Assembly: GCA_051251855.1 (NCBI GenBank)
Contig: JBPOGI010000009.1
Span: forward strand, 1 to 46,428
Reading direction: 5' to 3'
Origin: Roseibacillus sp.
GTDB lineage: Bacteria > Verrucomicrobiota > Verrucomicrobiia > Verrucomicrobiales > Akkermansiaceae
DNA: 46,428 nucleotides
The notes under the pieces were generated by a model. That model did not search any database. It saw nothing but the letters and a program-made list of their open reading frames with translations, and had not been told where the DNA came from. A program made the position numbers and the translations under genes. This document shows positions 40,404 through 46,428 of the stretch, piece after piece. The number at the start of each line of letters is the position of its first letter. Position 1 is the first letter of the stretch.

Positions 40404-43400
40404 CGGAGGTAAGGGTCGTTCGCATTGGGGTTGATATTCATCATGACGGGGTTGTAGAATACGGTATCACGAAACTGTTGGCCTGTGACCCCACTTTGGA
40501 TCGTATTCAGTATTTGGCCAGCACCGCCATCTCCAAACTCCATTCCAGTAATCCCCTGAAAAAGATTCACCATAAGTGGAGCTGGGGTTAGATTCACAGC
40601 TAGGTTGACTAATCCTGCGTTAGCTTCCCATATTGCAGCATCAAGAGAATTCACACCACACATCAAGGTTCCTTTACTGCAGTCAACTCTTACGCTCTGA
40701 ATATTTTGGACAGAAGTTTGCAATGTGCCTGCCACCGCCACGACGTTTCCAAATAGTCCTGCAGCTTCACCAATTGCAGAAACTCCGCCCCGTGAATTGA
40801 TAAAGGTCTTTAGAGACATTCCAGGCGGCCGCCGTTTTGCTACCCATAAAATCACCTCGCGAAGTTCGTGATGTGATGCCTCAAACCCGGCAAGAAGAAG
40901 TTCACTTTTAAGTTCGTCCCTCACTTCATCAAGTTCCTGATCACTAAGTTTACTAGTGAGTGTATTCGATTCACTTTGATCAAGTTGGGTTGAAGGACCC
41001 AACTGTGAAAGATTGTTGTTTGCAGCCTGGCTGATAAATCCACTTGGATCAACGTACCGCCGAGGATTGTTCAATCCGTAGACATACCGGTTTAGCGTCT
41101 GCGGCTGCTCCGATTCTCCAGTATAGAGATCCTTCGAAACGAAGCGCCCATTTTCGGAATCATAGAACCTAGCACGGACATGACTTAGGCTTGTCTCCCT
41201 TTCCGAGAGGACACCATAGCGACCGAGGAACGAAATCTCAGGGTTGTAGATAGCAGGACTAGCTTGTCCAAAATCACCAAACTGCCGGGTTTCGAGAATA
41301 TCTCCGTTTGAATCGAAGACTTGAGTCGCATTGCCAGTATAGTCGAAGCCGAAGGAACGAAATTCGGTCCCCGAGTAGGCATGTGTGAGTCCTGCTCCAT
41401 AGACGTATTTCGTGATTGTGCCTGTGAAGTCACGCCTCACAAGTTGGCGAGCAAGTCCAGTGTTAGGATCCCAAGTGGTAGCTTCGTCTGCGGGATACAT
41501 GACACCGAGGCCATCGTATTGGAAGTGACGAGTTGAACCAGAAACGGTGGTGGAGGTGAGACGGTTTTCGTAGTCCCAAGTGAAGAGGTCTGAATCGCGA
41601 TTGATCAGGTTCCCATTTTGGTCCCATTGGTAAGGGGTCTCATCTACGGAGATGAGGCGGTTGTTGTCGTCGTAGGAATAGGATGTTTCTCCCACTTGCG
41701 GTGAGAGGCGAGAATTACCGATCAACTGCTCGGTAGTGGGGTTGCCATTCGGGTCATACTCCAGTGCGTATGACTCGACTGCGGTGCCAGTGCCGTCGCG
41801 GTTCTCGAGAGAAGTCAGTTGGTTGGATACGTTATATTCGTAGTGAGCTGAGTTTGCTCCTGAGTGCGCGATTTGGGTGAGGCGGCTGAGGTTGTCATAG
41901 CTATAACTGACGGTATGGTCGGTCCAGTCTATGAGTGAGGTCATGCGATTGCGGTCATCGTAGGTGTAGGTGACCTGAGTATCGTCGGGATAGGTGAGAC
42001 TGCGGAGGTTGCCGTTTTCATCGTGGCCATATTCCAAGGTTTCGGTGAAGGGGTTAGTATAGGAGGTAATCCTGCTCAACTTGTCATAGTCCCAGGTTGA
42101 GGTTCCAAGGCCGTCTTGCATCTGGGTACGGCGACCGAGAGCGTCGTAGGTGAAAGTAGTGTCCGCTCCAGCGGGGTAGCCGATTTTGGTCAGGCGGTTG
42201 AGTGAGTCGTATTCGTAGTTCGTGGTGACATTGTTCGGATCCCGGCGGGTAAGCCGATTGCCCACCGCGTCGTAGGTGTAGGCATAGAAAGTTCCTTCGG
42301 GTTCGGTTTCCTTGATGAGCCTCCCAAGGTTGTCGTATTCATAGGAGGTCTCTTTGCCTCGCGGGTCGAACATGGAAAGTCGGTTCCCGCTTTCGTCGTA
42401 GGTGTAGCGAGTGACATTTTCGTGAGCATCGAGGACTTCGATGAGCCTTCCAAGGTCGTCGTAGGTGTATTCGGTCGCATGATTTCGAGCGTCGGTTATC
42501 TTTCTGACTCGTCCGAGGGTGTCGTAAGTCGAGTAGGTGGTGCGGCCGAGCGGATCAATTGTGCTGATGAGTCTCCCGAGGGCATCGTAGCCAAACTCAG
42601 AGAAATTACCGTCCGCATCGAATTGCTTGAGGACATTGCCTTCCTCATCATACTCGTAGCGTGCAATGGCCGTCATATCTGGCGCTCGCGTTTCGAGGAC
42701 CCTTCCTGCGGGGTCATAGAGGGTGGTGGTGCGGTGAGAACGCTTGTTAGTGACAGCGAAGCGACGGTCTAACTTATCGTATTCATAGCTGATTTCCTGT
42801 TCGAGAGGATCAATGGTCTTAACCAAGCGATCTTTCGGATCATACTCGGAACGAATTTCGTGGCCGAGGGCATTGCGGGTAAGGATTCGTTTGCCTTTGG
42901 AATCATATTCGTAGCTGGTTGTCTCGTCCTGATCATTGGTAATGGAGAGAGTCCGATTGGCATCATCGTAGACGAAGAATGTTTCAGCCTCCCGGGCATT
43001 GATACGCTTGAGAAGGCGCCCTGCGAGATCGTATTCGAAGAGGGTCTCGTCTCCGGCTGGATTGACTTCCCGGGTGAGGTTGCCATGGCCGTCGTAGAAT
43101 CGCTGCGTGGAAAAACTACGAGCGTTGGTCAATACTTTAGGGAGACCATTGGGCCAATAGGATACGGTGGCTTGAAAGTCCATGGCATCGGTGGTTCGCC
43201 AGAGGTTCCCATTCGCATCGTATTCGAATTGAGTTTGATTGCTGTCTGCATCCGTGCGGAGAATGGGATCGTTGTTTCCGTTATACTCAATTAAAGTGTT
43301 ATTGAGGTAAGGGTCGGTCTTTTTGGTGACGTTTCCTCTCTCATCGTATTCATAGCGTGTGATAAATCCTCGTTTGTCGACAATGAGAGTGCGATTTCCT

Positions 43401-46120
43401 TGCTCATCGTATCCGTAGAGGTCGCTGTGCCCCAGCTCGTTTTCGATGGCGACAATGCGGAGATTTTGATCGTGGAAGTGTCGCGTGGAGCCGCCTTCTG
43501 GATCGGAAACGGTTGTGATGCCGTTGGCAAAGTCATATTCGAAGAGCCATTCAAAGTCCAAGGCATCTCTTTGGCTGCTGACCACTCGATTGAGAGCATC
43601 ATAGGTGTTGTCTACAAACTCATGACCGTTTGGGTCTGTAATCGTCAGAATCTGATGGTCAGCGTCGTAGGTGTAGTCGGTCTCCCCGCCACCCAAATCA
43701 GTGACTTTGGTAAGGTCCCCATTGGCATCGTATGTATAGGTGACTTTTCTACCGAGCGGATCGGAGATTTCAGTAATTCGACCTGAGGCGTCGGAGGTGA
43801 AATCGACGACTCGACCTGCCGTGTCGATGATAGTGTCGATGAGCCCTCCCATATCGTAGTTGAGTGTGAGGGTGTTGTTGTTTCGGTCGGTGATTCTTTC
43901 GAAGCGATGGCCTCCGCCGAAAGGAGCGAAGTGGTAGGTGAGCTGAGTTTTACTGCGGAGAGTGAACGAGCCGTCGGCCTGCTTAGACAGGGTTCGGTAG
44001 TTACTGACTTCTGGGGTGTAGGAGCCGTCAGCTTCTTTTGTGTAGGTGTGGATATTGGCGTCATTCCAACTGATATTGACGTCGCCTGAAGTCTCTTCCG
44101 TAAAGAGGATGTTGTAGGTGTGAGTCCAGCGGTGGCCGACGGTTCCATTGAGGTGCTTATCATCCTTTGAGTTGTAGTGACGAGAGAAGCTGAATCCGAA
44201 TCCAATGCCAGGGAGGGTGAAGTCGGTCTTGTCAAAGTAGAAGTTTCCGGTGGCAAGGTTAACGGGATCAGCAGCGCTTGACTGTGGAGTCTGGCCTCCG
44301 TAGGTGTCGGTGCCTAAGTTAAAGGTGAGAGCAGCGATATCTGATTCGCCCCCACTGGAAATCACTTTCAATCTTACGAAATATTGCCCAGTAGCAGAGA
44401 GTGGAATGGTATGATTTTGACTGGCATTACCACTCTGGAAAGGAGAGCCATTAAAGCTCCACTGGAAATCGGTGATGGTATTGTTCGTACCTGGGCTGGA
44501 ATCGGTCCCGTCTAAGAAGACAGTGTCTCCAGGCTCTGGAGCTTGATTTGAGGTGTCAAGATCGGCTGCGGGGAGGCCATTGACTGGGCGAATATCAAAT
44601 CCGGAAATTTCTGATTGAGAAATCAATGTCCCTACACTGTTGTAGGCAATCACTCCGATGGTAAGGTTTGAAGAATCTAACGAGCTAGAACTACTCCAGC
44701 TATAGTCTGTCGAGGCACCCGACGGCTGCAGATTGAGCTCGATGTTTGAGGTCTGACTGTTCGCCCGATAATACAGGCGGTAGTAGCTGATTTCAGCAAT
44801 GTCCCCCGTGGCTTCAACCCTGAGGTCGATTGTTTGACCCGGTCCGTGTTCGGTGAGCCCCGAAACATTCACAAGCTGGATGGCAGCATCATCACTTCCG
44901 CCAGGAACGAGCGGTGTTTGGAAGTAGAGGGCATCGCTAAACTCCTCCCACTGACCGTTGACATAGGCTCGCATATTCCAGCGATATTTTTTCCCATACT
45001 GCAGGGCCTCGGCAACCTCCAAGGTGTATGAGGTATCATCGCCTTGAATTTGTCCCCATTCATTATCGACGACAATATTTGAGGATCCGTAGGGTTCACG
45101 ACTGACGTATAAGCCGTAGTAAGAAGCCCCAGCGACTGGGGTCCACTCAAACGTTGTCCTGAGTGTTCCCGCTGCGGCATTTCCAGTGTCTGTGGCTGTC
45201 CCTGGACTAATCAGAGATGGAACGAGTGCTCCGAATTCCAAGCTCCTCAGTGAAGTTTTCCCTGATGGACCATCGCTATTCTGAGCGTAGACCCGGTAGG
45301 AATAGGTTTCACCGACTACGATTGCAGTATCCTGAAAGCTCGACGTGTTTGCTCCAAGAGTTTGATAGGTTTGCAGGACTCCAGCGTTTCCCACTTTCCG
45401 CTCAATTACGAATTCTGCTTCGTTGTTTGAATTGTCATCCCAGGTGAGGGAGATCCCAGCAAGTGATTGAGAAAGACTAAGGCTGTCGGGAGAATCGGGA
45501 ACGTTTAAGTTTTGATTCGCATCGGTTTGAAAGTAGAGAACTCCGCTGAAAGAAGACGGGGTTGTGCCGTTGAAAGATCGGAGGTTCCAACGGTAGCTGG
45601 AGCCGGGCTCAAGCCAGCTGGCTGGAGGAGAGAAGGAACTGGCGGTGACATTTTCGTCCTCGAAGAGTTCGTTAGTATCGAGATTCCTGACATAGATTCC
45701 GTAGTGCGTCGCTTGGAGAAGGCCCGTCCAGTTAAAGCCTATAGTGGTAGCGACTTCTGGTCCGGGAGATCCCGATGTGCCTGGGGTCCCGGGGGTTGGG
45801 GTAATCGGGGCTGGAGCCGTGATGTAGTTTTGGACGACCCACCCAGTCTGATGGCCAGGGCTCACCCAGTCGATTTCCCACCAAATATAGGAGGTTCCGT
45901 TGTATGCTGCAGTAACTGGTCCGTCGGTGACATCACCCCAGACTCCAAAACTCGGGACTGTCCAGACGAGGCTTCCAGCTGGATTGTCCCGAACATTCAA
46001 GCCGCCGTCAGTTGTGTAAATCCGTTCACCCACCGAAATTGCTTCTAGTCTTGAGAAACTCGATAAAGTGAGGATCAAGATCAGAAATGCGAAGTATCTC
46101 GTCTTAGTTCTTGGGGACAT
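40400..46120 (-). CDS. RHS-repeat protein: signal peptide, SH3b-like, FN3-like and PKD domains, DUF6531-like segment, YD repeats, RHS core and a ~210-aa unknown C-terminal extension
   Basis: LNVRD...GP...WWEI...GWV (SH3b); ADPVNLATGNF; many YxYDxxGR/GN repeats; RARFYDSENGRFVSKD...NRYVYGLNNPRRYVDPSG. Confidence 0.93.
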   Translation of the reverse strand: MSPRTKTRYFAFLILILTLSSFSRLEAISVGERIYTTDGGLNVRDNPAGSLVWTVPSFGVWGDVTDGPVTAAYNGTSYIWWEIDWVSPGHQTGWVVQNYITAPAPITPTPGTPGTSGSPGPEVATTIGFNWTGLLQATHYGIYVRNLDTNELFEDENVTASSFSPPASWLEPGSSYRWNLRSFNGTTPSSFSGVLYFQTDANQNLNVPDSPDSLSLSQSLAGISLTWDDNSNNEAEFVIERKVGNAGVLQTYQTLGANTSSFQDTAIVVGETYSYRVYAQNSDGPSGKTSLRSLEFGALVPSLISPGTATDTGNAAAGTLRTTFEWTPVAGASYYGLYVSREPYGSSNIVVDNEWGQIQGDDTSYTLEVAEALQYGKKYRWNMRAYVNGQWEEFSDALYFQTPLVPGGSDDAAIQLVNVSGLTEHGPGQTIDLRVEATGDIAEISYYRLYYRANSQTSNIELNLQPSGASTDYSWSSSSSLDSSNLTIGVIAYNSVGTLISQSEISGFDIRPVNGLPAADLDTSNQAPEPGDTVFLDGTDSSPGTNNTITDFQWSFNGSPFQSGNASQNHTIPLSATGQYFVRLKVISSGGESDIAALTFNLGTDTYGGQTPQSSAADPVNLATGNFYFDKTDFTLPGIGFGFSFSRHYNSKDDKHLNGTVGHRWTHTYNILFTEETSGDVNISWNDANIHTYTKEADGSYTPEVSNYRTLSKQADGSFTLRSKTQLTYHFAPFGGGHRFERITDRNNNTLTLNYDMGGLIDTIIDTAGRVVDFTSDASGRITEISDPLGRKVTYTYDANGDLTKVTDLGGGETDYTYDADHQILTITDPNGHEFVDNTYDALNRVVSSQRDALDFEWLFEYDFANGITTVSDPEGGSTRHFHDQNLRIVAIENELGHSDLYGYDEQGNRTLIVDKRGFITRYEYDERGNVTKKTDPYLNNTLIEYNGNNDPILRTDADSNQTQFEYDANGNLWRTTDAMDFQATVSYWPNGLPKVLTNARSFSTQRFYDGHGNLTREVNPAGDETLFEYDLAGRLLKRINAREAETFFVYDDANRTLSITNDQDETTSYEYDSKGKRILTRNALGHEIRSEYDPKDRLVKTIDPLEQEISYEYDKLDRRFAVTNKRSHRTTTLYDPAGRVLETRAPDMTAIARYEYDEEGNVLKQFDADGNFSEFGYDALGRLISTIDPLGRTTYSTYDTLGRVRKITDARNHATEYTYDDLGRLIEVLDAHENVTRYTYDESGNRLSMFDPRGKETSYEYDNLGRLIKETEPEGTFYAYTYDAVGNRLTRRDPNNVTTNYEYDSLNRLTKIGYPAGADTTFTYDALGRRTQMQDGLGTSTWDYDKLSRITSYTNPFTETLEYGHDENGNLRSLTYPDDTQVTYTYDDRNRMTSLIDWTDHTVSYSYDNLSRLTQIAHSGANSAHYEYNVSNQLTSLENRDGTGTAVESYALEYDPNGNPTTEQLIGNSRLSPQVGETSYSYDDNNRLISVDETPYQWDQNGNLINRDSDLFTWDYENRLTSTTVSGSTRHFQYDGLGVMYPADEATTWDPNTGLARQLVRRDFTGTITKYVYGAGLTHAYSGTEFRSFGFDYTGNATQVFDSNGDILETRQFGDFGQASPAIYNPEISFLGRYGVLSERETSLSHVRARFYDSENGRFVSKDLYTGESEQPQTLNRYVYGLNNPRRYVDPSGFISQAANNNLSQLGPSTQLDQSESNTLTSKLSDQELDEVRDELKSELLLAGFEASHHELREVILWVAKRRPPGMSLKTFINSRGGVSAIGEAAGLFGNVVAVAGTLQTSVQNIQSVRVDCSKGTLMCGVNSLDAAIWEANAGLVNLAVNLTPAPLMVNLFQGITGMEFGDGGAGQILNTIQSGVTGQQFRDTVFYNPVMMNINPNANDPYLR

Positions 46121-46357
46121 GCTGATGAGTGGAAGGGTTTGTATCTTCTCTAATTGAATTTGCCTTTAAAGACAAAAGTGTCGCTTATGAGAAACTGGAT
46201 CCTTGTAAGACATCTTCGCCAAAATTTTCCATGCTTGGACCTCTTCTTGGTGGGCCGGACCCGTAGGCTTTGAAGGATCGCTGGGGGTGGCAGTAAAGGC
46301 CGCCGCTCCAGTGGTGTCTTCATTGGCTCTGATGAGCCTCGGATGCTAAAAGCAGGC

Positions 46358-46397
46358 AAAAAAAGAGCCCGACTGAGTCGTTAGACTCAATCGGGCT
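46358..46397 (-). terminator. rRNA operon terminator
   Basis: Minus strand reads AGCCCGATTGAGTC-TAAC-GACTCAGTCGGGCT then CTTTTTTT, immediately after the 5S 3' end. Confidence 0.85.
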
Positions 46398-46402
46398 TAT
46401 AA

Positions 46403-46428
46403 CTGGCGACGACCTACTCTCACAGGAC
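46403..46428 (-). rRNA. rrf: 5S rRNA, 3' end (partial)
   Basis: Reverse complement GTCCTGTGAGAGTAGGTCGTCGCCAG matches the conserved 5S 3' terminus (GAGAGTAGGxCxxCGCCAG) and is followed by a terminator. Confidence 0.85.

Noticed and set aside
46366..46397. CCCGAC...TCGGG similarity between the rRNA terminator and the pseudo-tRNA hairpin
   Set aside because: The match is a short GC-rich coincidence; this stem is fully explained as the terminator after 5S.

Overview
This looks like a chromosomal segment of a Verrucomicrobiota bacterium (inferred from the PEP-CTERM, TIGR03790, SHD1, ECF-sigma/Ser-Thr kinase and choice-of-anchor genes). Housekeeping genes (carA, purA, uppS, larE, PduO-type adenosyltransferase, FKBP, RluA-family synthase, ate, a tRNA with CAT anticodon, and the 3' end of a 5S rRNA) alternate with clusters of large exported proteins. 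The most striking feature is a 307-bp unit directly behind the tRNA. An 80-aa GIY-YIG nuclease gene starts 9 nt after the tRNA CCA and ends inside a second, partial tRNA copy, in which the anticodon arm is replaced by a perfect CCCCGAC-TC-GTCGGGG hairpin. A second theme is surface display. Five unrelated exported proteins end in the same C-terminal motif (G-x-x-Y-x-L-x-x-S-x-D-L...W...F-[FYLI]-R). Two large proteins that lack it (a fibre-like protein and an RHS protein) are each translationally coupled to a downstream partner that has it. Also present are a candidate sRNA or leader upstream of ate and a duplicated PEP-CTERM gene pair sharing a palindromic upstream element. All family calls come from motif recognition by eye; no database searches were run.
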